DNA of 64,000 nt, from the IMG/VR virus record IMGVR_UViG_3300009703_000011; one strand, written 5' to 3'. Position 1 is the stretch's first letter. Each line of letters begins with the position of its first letter. This document shows, piece by piece, positions 1 to 11,670 of the stretch. A model generated the notes under the pieces. It did no database searches, was not told the DNA's origin, and saw only the letters and a list, made by a program, of their open reading frames with translations. This DNA is from an uncultured virus (IMG/VR IMGVR_UViG_3300009703_000011). Lineage: Duplodnaviria > Heunggongvirae > Uroviricota > Caudoviricetes. The position numbers were made by a program, and so were the translations under genes.

Positions 1-196
1 GCTGATTCCAGCCTGATTCCAGGTTGTTGTATGATATCTTCACTGTTTAGCTTGTTATCTCCCCCTCTCTCCTTCTCTCTCTTGTTTATAACCTCCTTCC
101 TGTGTCTTCTCCTCTCTGTATATGCTATAAACTTTTTATTTGTTTATATGTATATGTAGTGTTTTACTTCTTTAGTTTATTCCGAAAGGGAAAGAA

Positions 197-616
197 ATGT
201 TTAAGAAAGTTACGGGCCTTTTTGTGCCTACTGATGGTGTCTTCTTGCTTAGGTATAGTGATAATGTACTCCTTGATGAAGACTATTCAGTGTTTAAAAT
301 AACCACTGTTTGTGGCTTTGTTGTTGAAGCTACTACTGTATATCAAGGTGTATATAGCCTGTGTGGTTTCTCTACTTCAGAGCAGATTCAGAGGTCTATT
401 GACCTTGATCCTACTGGGCAATACCCTGAAACTTATAGGGAAATTGTTCAATTCAGTGATATGAAAGAAAGGTACTATCCTAATGATATTGGGCATGTGT
501 TAAAGCCTATTCCTGAAAAAGAATATCCGCCTGTTATGCCTTGTGACTGTGGTGGTGTTTGTGTTTATTGTGATCCCGATCCAATTCAGGATGGCTCTAT
601 GGATCTTCCATTCTAA
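197..616 (+). CDS. hypothetical protein
   Basis: 139-aa ORF with purine-rich RBS (AAAGGGAAAG); C-terminal CxC..CxxC. Confidence 0.6.
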   Translation: MFKKVTGLFVPTDGVFLLRYSDNVLLDEDYSVFKITTVCGFVVEATTVYQGVYSLCGFSTSEQIQRSIDLDPTGQYPETYREIVQFSDMKERYYPNDIGHVLKPIPEKEYPPVMPCDCGGVCVYCDPDPIQDGSMDLPF

Positions 617-1149
617 AAAAAACAATCTAGAAAATGTGAGGTTTGATATGAGTAAATATACTGAAATTGAGTGTAGATTACATGTTCAAGAATTTACAGC
701 TGATGCTGAAACTTGGGCTGTTAATGCTCTCAATTCTCTTCGAAAAGGGCACTCTAGAGATGCTGAAATCTTCTTCAAATATGCTGATTCAGCAGTTGAA
801 AATCTTCGATTGTGGGAGAAAAGACTCCAAAAAGTAGAAAAATAGGGTCTCACAGGATGCCTTTAAACAGTGCTTTAGAGGCATCTTGTACCACCGTATC
901 GAGTCCTAGTCTAACTAACCTATAAGCCCCTATAAAAGGGTGCGAGAAAAGAGAAAAAAGATGAGTATGTCTAAAAGAGAAGAAAAAGAACCTGTTGTTG
1001 AGTATCAGAAGTATCCACTTCCAGAAGGATATCAGGGGCCGCGTTGTGGCTGTTGTGATTCAACTAATGTGAAGTATGAGCATGCTGATGATTCTGATGA
1101 GATTAGATATACATGCTTTAAGTGTGGATATTTAACAACTAAATAGTTA

Positions 1150-1221
1150 GCCGAAATACTCCTCACATGTAATGTGTGGGGAGTATAGTGTTGGTATTGT
1201 CTATCCAGCACCTGATGAGGC
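1150..1221 (+). ncRNA. type II hammerhead ribozyme
   Basis: gcc-GAAA-tactcc...ggagta-TA-gtgttgg...ccagcac-CTGATGA-ggc: complete core with stems I, II (open), III; cleavage predicted after A1187. Confidence 0.75.
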
Positions 1222-1260
1222 AGGACCTCGTAACATGGTAATAAACAAAGGAAAACTACC

Positions 1261-2241
1261 ATGACTGTACAGATGAACAATAAACTTGAAGTAAATGCTA
1301 CTGAAATCTTGAAGAAAGATGGATTTGAGGGCTTGCTCTTTGAGCCTGATCCCATTGTTATTGAGTATGACAATGAGGATTGGGAACTTGATGAAAATGA
1401 CTATGTTCGTCGTATTGATGAAATGGAGCAGCTTGAAGCACGTAGTGGTGATGAGCTGTGGGAATTGGAGAGAGAAAGAGATAAGGGCCTTCAAAGGACT
1501 GCTTGGTCAATAGCATCACGTGAGAATGATCGTATCTATAAAATGGTAGTGCGTGATCTTCAACTGGATGACACAGAGTGTGTTGATCAACATGCTTTTA
1601 AGCTAGCATTCCGAAGAAGAATGGCTATTGATACTCGTACCTACTTCAAGAAGGTTCGTGAGCTTGTGTTCATGAAGCTTTATGCACTGGTCACTGGTGT
1701 TGAAGAAGGGCTTGTTACTAAGAAGTACCTCAAGATGTATGCAATGGCTGTATATGCTAAGTCAGACAGAATGTTGAAGTCTAAGAACTTTGGTGGTCAT
1801 AGCTGGAGTGGTCTGCAAGTGCTGAAGAATGAGGCAGTGTGGGCTATGGAGGCTGTTGGTATTAAACCCAATGCCTTTGGCATCTTAGGTACACAAGTAT
1901 GGAATGTGAAAACAGAACACTCTGTGATTGCTGATTACTATAAACGTGCAGGCTTTAGTCTCGTGAAGAATGATGGAAAGACTTTCTATCTCTCTCGGAC
2001 CTTCTATAGGCTTGCCCATCAATTGAGTGGTAAACAGATGCCTCTCATCTGTGATCTTAAGAAGGCACATCTTAAGAATGCTCTTGTGTTTACTCAGGAG
2101 CTTTTTGAGCCCATTCAGCATGAGTGGAACAAAGTAGCTAACCCTGATAAGGATTGGCGTACAGACGTGTATAACGCTGTGTATGGTGGACGTGAGGATA
2201 GTAAGCCAGCTAAGGCTACCAATCCTCCTGTGTATAACTGA
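1261..2241 (+). CDS. hypothetical protein
   Basis: 326-aa ORF with AAGGA RBS. Confidence 0.75.
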   Translation: MTVQMNNKLEVNATEILKKDGFEGLLFEPDPIVIEYDNEDWELDENDYVRRIDEMEQLEARSGDELWELERERDKGLQRTAWSIASRENDRIYKMVVRDLQLDDTECVDQHAFKLAFRRRMAIDTRTYFKKVRELVFMKLYALVTGVEEGLVTKKYLKMYAMAVYAKSDRMLKSKNFGGHSWSGLQVLKNEAVWAMEAVGIKPNAFGILGTQVWNVKTEHSVIADYYKRAGFSLVKNDGKTFYLSRTFYRLAHQLSGKQMPLICDLKKAHLKNALVFTQELFEPIQHEWNKVANPDKDWRTDVYNAVYGGREDSKPAKATNPPVYN

Positions 2242-2312
2242 GTAGAATATGACCTGGGTATTGTCATTAAAGTGCCTACTTCTAACAACAGATAAAACTA
2301 GAAAAGAGCGAA

Positions 2313-3710
2313 GTGATGTCTACTTTCCAAAAGAAACTGTTTGATATGGCTGGTCGTGGTGAGGCTTATGTATTTAGAAGCCATGATCGTAATATCAGTA
2401 TTGTGCCTACTGGTAAATATGCTGGTACATGGACTTATAATAAGATTAACAAGAGGTTGTCTTATCAATCCTGTTTAGTACCTAAGCCTAATGTTGTTCA
2501 GGTTGTTGACAAGTCTAAGCCTGAATATTTTGGTTTTGGACCTAATAAAACTACAGTTTACTATCTTAAGAAGAAGGCTGTGGCCATGCCCCTTCCTCAG
2601 TTTGTATATGAAAATGCTAATAAAGACTATAATTTTACTAATAATAAGTCTTGGATGTTTCATGCTAAGGAGAAGAAGCGTTCGTCTGGTGAGGTGTACA
2701 GGTGGAAGGTTTTCCAATCTCGATATCTTAACCCCTTTCAGGCTATTGCTGACACGATTGCTGAGAAGATGTTTGAATATGAACTTCTTCCTTCTTCTGA
2801 AGTTGTTGTATATATCTTGGGCCTGGCTTGTCCTCAGGTACTGAAGGCATTTAGTGAGAATTCTAAGTCTGCATCACATGCCATGGAGTGGCTTGTGAAT
2901 CCTAATTCGGTTAAGTTTTTGCAGGGTATGGGCTCTCGTAAGAGGCAGAGATTTGTATGCAGGGTGTTTGATATGGGTATCAAGAAGGCTATGAAGAAAA
3001 GCTTTCCTCGTGCTCATCCTGCTACTCGCAATGTTATTATTAACTCGCGAATTCTCACTTTTAAAACAGCTAAGTTGTTGTCCTGGACCAGGAAACCTCT
3101 TTGCGCGACTGTGTTTGGTTTTATTGAGATGACTGGTGTTCAATCAACAAGTGATAAGCGTAGAATGGAATCTATTGGTTCTAAATATGGCTCTACGGGT
3201 CTTTCTTCGTTTGTTAATTTTAGGGCAGAGCTTCTTCGTGCTCGAAGAATGAATCTTGATATGGCTAAGTATAATCTAGAATTAAATGTGTCACCTAAGT
3301 TGTATGCAAAGTGGCATAATGAAATTGCTACAATCATTCGTGAGCACTTGGATAAGGCTGATGTTGAAAAGAATACCTTAGCTGAGCTTGCTCATGAGTA
3401 TAATTGGGATGAATTGTATACTCCTTCTGAGATTACTCCTCTTATTACAAAAGAGGATTTCCATAAAGAACACAAGATTATGAACCATTGTATTGATGGT
3501 TATTTTCGTGACACAGATTGCCTGTTTGGTCATGTAGAGATGACTGCTGAGTCTGCAACTTTTATGATTAATAAGTCTGATGGCAGGATTGTTCAACTAT
3601 ATGGGCCTCGTAATCAACCTGTCAGTGCTACTATGCACAATTTTGTGAATATGTGGTCACTTAATAGTGTTGTTCAAATTGACCATCTAACTAACCTTGG
3701 ACTGAGCTAG
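2313..3710 (+). CDS. PcfJ-like domain protein
   Basis: C-terminal EHKIMNHCIDGY...VQLYGPRN matches the PcfJ-like E..M.HC..Y / Q..G.RN pattern. Confidence 0.65.
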   Translation: MMSTFQKKLFDMAGRGEAYVFRSHDRNISIVPTGKYAGTWTYNKINKRLSYQSCLVPKPNVVQVVDKSKPEYFGFGPNKTTVYYLKKKAVAMPLPQFVYENANKDYNFTNNKSWMFHAKEKKRSSGEVYRWKVFQSRYLNPFQAIADTIAEKMFEYELLPSSEVVVYILGLACPQVLKAFSENSKSASHAMEWLVNPNSVKFLQGMGSRKRQRFVCRVFDMGIKKAMKKSFPRAHPATRNVIINSRILTFKTAKLLSWTRKPLCATVFGFIEMTGVQSTSDKRRMESIGSKYGSTGLSSFVNFRAELLRARRMNLDMAKYNLELNVSPKLYAKWHNEIATIIREHLDKADVEKNTLAELAHEYNWDELYTPSEITPLITKEDFHKEHKIMNHCIDGYFRDTDCLFGHVEMTAESATFMINKSDGRIVQLYGPRNQPVSATMHNFVNMWSLNSVVQIDHLTNLGLS

Positions 3711-4447
3711 GCTACGCTCCGCTCCCCTCCCTTCGGGAGGGATTGCTACGCATCTATAAACCAGTTATTAGGGACTGTATATCCCTATGGTTTTGTGTGT
3801 TTAAATTAGTCTTTTCTATAATAATTAAGAGGTGTGTTATGACATCACATGATACAGAAAAGTGGAAAGCTCAGTTTTATTCTAAAGTGAGTGTTGTTGA
3901 TTTTTATGAGACTGTGATCTCTCACTGTGTTCACGAGGCTAAACAAATGTGGCCTTTACGTGTTCCCCCTAAGTCGTCTGATACCAGAAGGGCGTTGTGG
4001 GAGTATGCTTGGGATCACTGTTCTCCTGTTGCTTATATCTTGTACTATTCTCTTGAAAAAGATCGTGGGTATGCTACTAAGCGCTGTCTTCAAGAGCTTC
4101 ACGATAGTGGTTATAGTTCTTATAAATTAGGGATGTGGATTGCTTTTCAGATTGAAAAGCTTAATTAGTTTTTTCTATTTAACCAAGAGGTGTGTTGTGA
4201 CTTTTGATGAGCATGCTAAGAAGATTATGGATGAATTGCATACGCTTAATGCACGACCTGATAGTGTGTCATTTAGTTATTGGAATTCTGAGTGTTCTCG
4301 TGCAGGAGGTTTTAAACGCGACGGAAATGCAGATGAAAAGACCAGTAGTTCGTTATGATGTAGAGATTAACCTTCTAAATCCCCAAAAGTGGAGGGATTA
4401 ACTATATACCTAGAAGAGTTTGTGAAAAAACTTGTAGAGGAGAATTT

Positions 4448-4855
4448 ATGATTACATCGTTTCGTGGAGAGTATCGTTTTCTTTCTAACTTTTACCCTGT
4501 TGATATTAGAATGCGTGGTGTTGTATATCCTTCTATTGAGCATACCTATCAGGCTGCTAAGACTGTCTTCCCGCATGAACGTGAAAAGTTTCGCACTTGT
4601 TCACCTGGCCAGGCTAAGCGTATGGGTCGTAGTATTACGCTACGCCATGATTGGCATAACATGAAGCTGGATGTAATGGAGGGCTGTCTTAGACAGAAGT
4701 TCAAACGTCCTGATCTTAAACAACTTCTCATCGCTACTGGAACTAAAGAACTAGTAGAAGGAAATAACTGGGGTGATACATATTGGGGCTGCTGCGCAGG
4801 CAAAGGCCACAATCATCTTGGTAAACTACTGATGAAAATCAGAAAGGAATTATAA
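4448..4855 (+). CDS. NADAR (YbiA-like) family protein
   Basis: FLSNFY, EHTYQAAK, AKRMGR, KF, LIATG..ELVE, D.YWG, G.NHLGKLLMKIR motifs. Confidence 0.9.
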   Translation: MITSFRGEYRFLSNFYPVDIRMRGVVYPSIEHTYQAAKTVFPHEREKFRTCSPGQAKRMGRSITLRHDWHNMKLDVMEGCLRQKFKRPDLKQLLIATGTKELVEGNNWGDTYWGCCAGKGHNHLGKLLMKIRKEL

Positions 4856-5214
4856 TGAAGTTTGTTGGAATTTTTATTAGCGTCGTTGCTATCTATCTAA
4901 TCTTCTATGGATCTGTATGGATACTTGGTGGTCTAGGCAAATCAAGCTGGTCTATTAATACAGTGAATATCACATCCTGCACTGATGAGAGTAGAGCTTC
5001 TCGTGGTCAATTCATTCTTGATTGTATCAGGAATGGTAATCCAAAAAGTGATGAGGAACCTGAAGGGTGGATTAATATTTGTAAATCTCTAGCAGAAAGT
5101 ACGCTTTGTGATACTGAGAGTGGATTCTACTACTTCGCTGGTTTTAAAAGGACTAAGTATATTCCCTGTAGTCAAGCTAAAGAACCTCGTGAACTATTAG
5201 TGTGTGGAAAATAA
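4855..5214 (+). CDS. hypothetical membrane-anchored Cys-rich protein
   Basis: N-terminal hydrophobic helix; overlapping stop/start with NADAR gene. Confidence 0.6.
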   Translation: MKFVGIFISVVAIYLIFYGSVWILGGLGKSSWSINTVNITSCTDESRASRGQFILDCIRNGNPKSDEEPEGWINICKSLAESTLCDTESGFYYFAGFKRTKYIPCSQAKEPRELLVCGK

Positions 5215-6258
5215 TGCTTACATTTTTTCTAATAACGTTCTCTATCGTTATATATGTAACAATAGGAAGTTTTTTAGCTGCAGTTCTGGGAGCATACGAG
5301 TACTCCGATAAAGTTGATGATGATCTTATCCCATTCTTATGCATATTTTTTTGGCCTTTAGTTATATTTATCTATGCTCTATATTTTACCTTAAAGTCCC
5401 CTATTTATTTTGGTAAATATCTTGCTGATAAAATAAAAAATCTTATTCTTTCTAAGATTGATTCAAATAAAACAAAAAAAATGAACATGCTCAGCTCCCC
5501 GATTGATCAAATCAGTCTTATGTACATGTACTAGAAAGAGAAAAAGAAAGAGAGTGTGCGTGATGGAAATTCTAGCTATTTGCATGATTACAGTTGTGTG
5601 CTCAGGCCTTCTACTGGGGCTTGGAGCCGAGATCCTCACAGACTATGTACTCGTAGAGTATGTTAATAACCATGTTTACGGAATGAGTGCTACGCAAGAA
5701 CGTGAATGTTATATTCCTCTAAAACTTGCTGATGAAGGAAGCATGACCGCCAGTGGTATTATCCTACTGAATCCACTCCTAGAAGATATTGAAGCATGTA
5801 CACTTGCTAGTCTAACAGCACTAAATGTTCAGCAACCCCAACAAGACTCACCATTCTATGACTGGATTAACAATCCCAGTAAACCAACCAACGTTGTGAC
5901 TCCTGATGAGATTCTTGAACTACCAAAAGATATGACACTAAAAGATATCTTTGGTTATGAACAAGAGGAGGAGCTTGACTTCGAAATCATTGTTCAGCAT
6001 AGCTGAGATAGCAAAAGAAAGAGAACAGGTAATGAAATTACAGATGTTTGTCCCTCGAATCTCTAATACTAAAGAGCTAACTCTCCAAGACATGGACTTG
6101 GTCAACCCAACCTTTCTCATCCCTACTGGAATCTCTAAAACAGAATTCAAAAGAGCAATTACTGCTTCAGCAAAAGAACAAGGCTGTATTGTAGAAGGTA
6201 CTCCTGAATTTGAAGAACTAGTTGTAAAACTTTCAAAAGCAATCGCTGGATACTAAAA

Positions 6259-7065
6259 ATGACTACTAGACAATACGCTATGACTAATGGCTATAAAGTT
6301 GGTGCAAAGCTAAGATTAGAGGTTCATCAAAGTTATACTCATGGTCCTTGGGTACCTAGACTAACAAATACAGGTACAGATCTTGGTCCTACAGGTGTAT
6401 TTGCTCCTGGTACTGTAACCCATATGGATACAAAGTATCTTGTCTTTAAATATACAATTGCCCGGCAGCCCATTTTTTATTCCATACCTTATGTCTATAT
6501 CCATTCAAAGCATTTCCCCCAATTAGTAGTAGATAACAAGATTGTTCCAGCTGAAAAATGGGTATTAGGTACAAAAGAAGACTATAAAGTTGGCACTAAA
6601 GTAAAGTATGAACTAGGTGTCGATGGATATCCCTTGCTTAATGCAAGAGAAGTTGGCACCCCCTGCACACCTGTAAAGTCTCACATAACTACTATCGTTA
6701 AACTAGAAAATGACAGGTTCTCGATTAAACATTCTGGTATTCCACGGAGTACTAGAGAAGTTCCATGGATCTTTTGGTTTCGTAACAGTCTTGAACAAGG
6801 GTTCCCTCACATACTGCAGTCTCCTGAACAAGCAGTTATTCCAAAAAGAAAAGAACAACCTCTTCCTCGTGTTGAAATAGCCTCAGAGCTTATTAGCTTT
6901 GCAAATATTCCCCTACCTGTGTATAACGATGCAAAGGAAAAGATTGAAGCAAAGATTAGAAGAACTCTTCAAGAGTGGCCATGGAATAAAAACCTGTCTT
7001 GTAGACTTGAGCATATTGACAATAAAACATTTATGACTGCTAAGTGGATAGACAAGACTTGGTAG
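6259..7065 (+). CDS. hypothetical protein (internal YKVG.K duplication)
   Basis: 268-aa ORF; YKVGAKL and YKVGTKV begin two similar halves. Confidence 0.65.
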   Translation: MTTRQYAMTNGYKVGAKLRLEVHQSYTHGPWVPRLTNTGTDLGPTGVFAPGTVTHMDTKYLVFKYTIARQPIFYSIPYVYIHSKHFPQLVVDNKIVPAEKWVLGTKEDYKVGTKVKYELGVDGYPLLNAREVGTPCTPVKSHITTIVKLENDRFSIKHSGIPRSTREVPWIFWFRNSLEQGFPHILQSPEQAVIPKRKEQPLPRVEIASELISFANIPLPVYNDAKEKIEAKIRRTLQEWPWNKNLSCRLEHIDNKTFMTAKWIDKTW

Positions 7066-7195
7066 TGAAGTCTATTGAGAGAGAAACATTCACCTGGATT
7101 GTACTACCTACGATCATTGCAGTAATCATAATTACAATTGCTTACCACTTTAGTGGTTCCTAATACGGATAGTACAAGTCCCAAATAATAGACAC

Positions 7196-7272
7196 GGACC
7201 TTAAGCTTAGCGGTTAAGCAACTCCCTCATAAGGAGCCGATAGCCAGGGTTCGAATCCCTGAGGGTCCACCA
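7196..7272 (+). tRNA. tRNA-Ile2 (CAT, lysidine type) or Met
   Basis: GGACCTT/AGGGTCC acceptor, CTCATAA loop, TTCGAAT T-loop, encoded CCA; GGACC acceptor is typical of Ile2. Confidence 0.85.
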
Positions 7273-7704
7273 CCTACTAGTGGGATTAATACACTAGCCG
7301 ATGAGAGAAGATAGAGTACTCCTGTGTTCCTAGGACGACTAGGCGTGATGATGGTAGCGTCTCTATCCCATCAACTAATTCAGAAAGAAAAAGAAATGAT
7401 TTTACTTAAAGAATGGGTCATGAGACCAAATTGTTTCATGGGTCTTGTTTACAATCATAAACACTTACCTGATGGTGAATTTATTCAAACCAGTAAGCCA
7501 GTACGTGTAACAGTTCAAACTGGAGTTAAGGGTGCGAATAAGATTGTAGTATTAGAAACTCTCAATACTGTGTACAGGCTAGGACTAGCTTATCCCTTCT
7601 ACAGAGATAATACCTCTGATGAAAACATTAATAGTGTCTTAAAAAAGATGAACGTTCAAGTTGTTCAAGAAGAAATAACTCTTAGCCAGTAAAGGATTAC
7701 AATC

Positions 7705-7875
7705 ATGACAGTCAATAAAGATAATCGCCGCCGCGCTGCTGAAGAACGTAAAGAGATTTCAGATAAGCGTACTCCTCAAGAACGTGTAGCTCTCCTTGAC
7801 AGTCTCTTCGGAGAGGGAAAGGGTGCTAGTAAAGAACGATCTAAACTTGCTAAATTGATGCAAGATGACGTTTGA
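7705..7875 (+). CDS. small basic hypothetical protein (56 aa, below ORF-track cutoff)
   Basis: AAGGA RBS; MTVNKDNRRRAAEERKEISDKRTPQERVALLDSLFGEGKGASKERSKL... Confidence 0.65.
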   Translation: MTVNKDNRRRAAEERKEISDKRTPQERVALLDSLFGEGKGASKERSKLAKLMQDDV

Positions 7876-8956
7876 TAAAGAGTGGTATATCTTCAGTCTG
7901 ATCAGACAGAGAGATAAAGTAAGGCGTAAGCTAAATAAAAACAAAGATGATTACTTGGTCATTAGTGATCTTCAATATGTTCTTGAAACAATGGCAAGTA
8001 AAACTCAATATGCTCATCTTAAAGAGCGTATCAATGAGTTTAAAGGATATGAAAGTGGTACCAACGATCCCAACTCAACAACTTAAACTAATGCCAACAC
8101 ATCGTGTTCTTTATCACTTTGATAAGCATCGCAACAAGACTCGCTCTGATTCTTCTATGGAAGATCAGGTTAATCTATGTTGGCTTCAAAAAGTTCTACA
8201 GGATAAAGTAACTAAGAATGTTGCTGCTCATGTAGTACAGGAGAAGAAAGATGGAACATCAAAAACAAAAGATTCTATGCAGGTGTGAATCCTGCGAAGC
8301 AATAAATCAGTTATCACGCACATTCTTAGTTAAAACTGCAGGTGACCTACTAGAAGCTAACGTGCCAGCTGCCAACATCTTCTACACTCTTGGAACCGTA
8401 ACAGAGTGGATGAAAGATGAACTAATAAAAGAAGGTTACCTAAAAGAAGATCTAGAAGATCTCATGGTATTGGCAAAACAAAATAAAGAAAAGGAAGCTG
8501 ATGAAAAATCATAAAACAAATAAACCACGAGGTAGATACCGTGCCCTTAACATGGGAACAAAAGTCTCACATATCTATGACAATAGTGCTCGTGGCGTTG
8601 TAAGTGGATATGACCAAGAAAGTAATGTTGTATTCGTTGATTTTGAGGATGGTAAGAATCAAGTTTGTCTTCCAGAAGAGCTAAGGGACATGACCCCTCC
8701 CCCTCCTAAGAGAGTCTGGAAAAGAGGAGGAGGCAGGTAGTGTTAGCAATCACAGGTGTAGCATTTGTTGTTACCTTGTGGGCAAAGAATAAAACCAAAG
8801 ATTCTATTTAAAATCAAAAGTACATGAGTCTCATAAGGTTGATTAGAGTAAGATTTGCTTATTCTATTTAAAAAAACAATATACAATTTTACCTATCAAG
8901 TTGTTTGTTGTTAACTGGTTAGTGATAGGATATCTAAGAAAAAAAAGGAAAAACAA

Positions 8957-9562
8957 ATGTCCCAAGATACTAAAAGCACCGAAAACGCAACTGAGATGGA
9001 TCAAATTATGGCATTGTCAGATTTGAACATCGAACAACTCCAAATCAAGGCGAAAGACCTGGGGGTGGAGGTTCAAGACAGCGCAGTTGAAAATGACTAT
9101 GTTGAAGCAATTGTTGAGGCAATGGCAGAACGTAGCGACGAAGTTCAGACTGAAGTTAAACATGGAAATCTGATCTCTCTTCGCAGTCGCGACCAAGATG
9201 GTAATCCTATCGAGGGTGCATCTGACTTGCTGAAGGCAGCACGAAATAAGATTCTTGCAAACAAGGAGGCTGGAGTTCAGTTTGATCTCTTTCTCCAAGA
9301 TCGCGCAGGAGATAGTTACAACCGACGGGCACCAGGTGTTCGTTGTACTAACAAAAATATGCATCGTATTGAGGAGCTTACCTCTCTTCTTCCTGACGGA
9401 AGTCAAGATGCTGTTTGGGAACAGTTCAAAGCTAACCCTGAACAGTTTGAGGCACCTGTCCTTGCTCATATCAACCGAAGAACCAGCAATGGTAACAACC
9501 GAAGTTTTGTCATGCTCTATCTCCGGGAAAAACAAGAGAACCTTGTAGAAGTTAACTTCTAA
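8957..9562 (+). CDS. hypothetical protein
   Basis: 201-aa ORF, AAGGA RBS, followed by hairpin TAGCATAC/GTATGCTA. Confidence 0.75.
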   Translation: MSQDTKSTENATEMDQIMALSDLNIEQLQIKAKDLGVEVQDSAVENDYVEAIVEAMAERSDEVQTEVKHGNLISLRSRDQDGNPIEGASDLLKAARNKILANKEAGVQFDLFLQDRAGDSYNRRAPGVRCTNKNMHRIEELTSLLPDGSQDAVWEQFKANPEQFEAPVLAHINRRTSNGNNRSFVMLYLREKQENLVEVNF

Positions 9563-10019
9563 GAGCTGCTTGGATTCAGAGAACGATGTGCCATGCCAAT
9601 TGTTTTCCAGATCCCTCGCTAGCATACCGAGTAGAGTATGCTATTTATGGATTAAATACTGGTGGTATACAAAACTCTCATGTTCAACAAGCATTAGATC
9701 TATTATAGAATAAGGATTAAACGATGAGTACTTTTATCTATAGCTCTGCTGGAACAGCAGGATATGTTAAGTCACCCAAGGTCAAGGCCGACGTACTTGA
9801 TTCGATTGAGGCTTATCAAAAAGATAAGGGTAAACCACCAGAGCGTGTATCATTCATAGCCTGGACACCTATCAATACAATTTTTCTTACTAATCTTCAA
9901 ACTTCTATGTTAGAAGAGTTACAGTATGTCAAAACTGGTAATCTATATGTACATGAGCTAATTGACACTGTGTTTGGTGTACAAGTAGAGTTAAGTACAG
10001 GCCCAGTAGGGGAGAAGAA

Positions 10020-10796
10020 GTGAGTCATATTGATGATCTTGTTGCTCGTAATAATGAGCTAGAGAAACAATTACTAGAAGAACGCGCACGCTTGGAAACG
10101 ATGGTGGAGGCTGCTGAGTTAGATCGAGAAAGAACGAAGGCTCTCGATGCTATCGACCTTGCCAATGAACTAAACGATGCTCTAATTCTTCGTGCTAAAA
10201 ATCAATGTGAAACTCTAACTAACCAGGTAGGCAGAGCAAGAAATTATGCAAAACATCTAATAGATTATATTGCAGCTGAACACGGAGATACTACTTTTAA
10301 GGAATATCCAGCCTTATCTGGGGTTGCTAAATTAATTCTCGAAACACTTCAACCTAACCTTCCTCAAGGATCATCATCAACCACGGATGATTATATGGAC
10401 TTGTCTACTCCTGAGAAGTGTTTACAAGCTTGGTTTGATATTGTTGATACCATGCCTGGTCATGACCATGACACACGAGGGGCAGCACTAGCCCTGCTTG
10501 CTAACATACGTGCAGCAGCAAAGCGTGAGGTCGATACTACTCTTGAAGAACAAAAACAAGAGTATGAGACCAAGCTAGCTGTTCTCTATACCGAAATTGA
10601 GGATTCGAAAAAAGAATATAGTAAACTTCTAATTTCAGACATTAACGAACGTAGAGTATTAAACGAACGAATTGATAATCTTATAAATGGTAGAAGGCAA
10701 CATGTAACTGAAGCCAAAGCAGATCGTGCCGAGGTCGAGCAACTGAAGGTGGATCTAGCCGCTCTCGACACTATCCCCACCGAGGAGGAGATATGA
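10020..10796 (+). CDS. coiled-coil hypothetical protein
   Basis: 258-aa, heptad-rich E/K/L/A composition. Confidence 0.7.
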   Translation: MSHIDDLVARNNELEKQLLEERARLETMVEAAELDRERTKALDAIDLANELNDALILRAKNQCETLTNQVGRARNYAKHLIDYIAAEHGDTTFKEYPALSGVAKLILETLQPNLPQGSSSTTDDYMDLSTPEKCLQAWFDIVDTMPGHDHDTRGAALALLANIRAAAKREVDTTLEEQKQEYETKLAVLYTEIEDSKKEYSKLLISDINERRVLNERIDNLINGRRQHVTEAKADRAEVEQLKVDLAALDTIPTEEEI

Positions 10797-11112
10797 ACCG
10801 CTGGAGAGTTTTTGGAGCGTTCATGGCGGGCATGGTTGCGGCCATTAATCTCAGCTGCCTGGTTGATACCAACCCCGACTACGACGCCCAATGGTGGAAG
10901 GTCGCACTGGCGACATCATTCGGCATTTGCTGTTTTTTAACCACCAATACTGAGGAAGAGTAATGAGTAAATGGAGTGATTTTAGTCGTGGAGCTGGAGA
11001 AGGCCTTGCTCATATTGGCTATAGTATCGGTATCTTTATCGTTCTTATGACACTAGGTATCTGTGCTAACTGCGTAGGTGTAATTCACGTAATAGATAAG
11101 GTATTTAGTTAG

Positions 11113-11670
11113 TTGAATCTATTAGTACTACTTCTTTTTATATATCATCCCTCTGATCCAGATATTAAAATGGCTCAGGGGAAAGTATATGGAGAAGTAC
11201 AAGACTTTGAAGTACAACGAACCCCCTTTGTAGATCAAGATGGCAACAGTATGTGGTTGCACCCCAAGGTTATCCATCCTCTTTTGGACCTAGTTGAACA
11301 AGCTAATAAAGATGGACACTTCATTAAATTAAATTCAGCACACAGAAGTCACAAACACCAGAGAAGGCTCTGGTTGAGGATGCCTGATGTGGCTGGTCAT
11401 CCTGATAAACAGGGACCCTATAGTCACCAAACTGGCTATTCTATAGATATAGCTGGTACATTGAAGAAATTTTCCCACAAACAAAAAAGAAGGTGGGAAA
11501 GAAGAAATAAAAGAAAAATGAGGGTCTCTCATTGTGACAAGAGAAACTGGGGGTACATATGCCCTACTATTTTGTATTGGTGGTTAAAAAGAAACGCCCC
11601 ATTATATGGTTTTATTAATGATGTCAGAGGGGAACGCTGGCACTGGACATACAGAAAAAAGGAGGATTAA
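11113..11670 (+). CDS. peptidase M15B (VanY-like D-Ala-D-Ala carboxypeptidase)
   Basis: SAHRS...Q, SHQTGYSID (SxHxxGxAxD-like) and ERWHW motifs. Confidence 0.8.
   Translation: MNLLVLLLFIYHPSDPDIKMAQGKVYGEVQDFEVQRTPFVDQDGNSMWLHPKVIHPLLDLVEQANKDGHFIKLNSAHRSHKHQRRLWLRMPDVAGHPDKQGPYSHQTGYSIDIAGTLKKFSHKQKRRWERRNKRKMRVSHCDKRNWGYICPTILYWWLKRNAPLYGFINDVRGERWHWTYRKKED

Noticed and set aside
7275..7375. Second hammerhead or theta ribozyme after tRNA-Ile2
   Set aside because: CCGATGAG lacks the CUGA core and a matching GAAA/UH; the helices present could not be fitted to a known ribozyme.
9017..9625. 202-aa minus-strand ORF (and other minus-strand ORFs)
   Set aside because: Antisense shadows of well-supported + strand genes or tRNAs, with no RBS or motifs.
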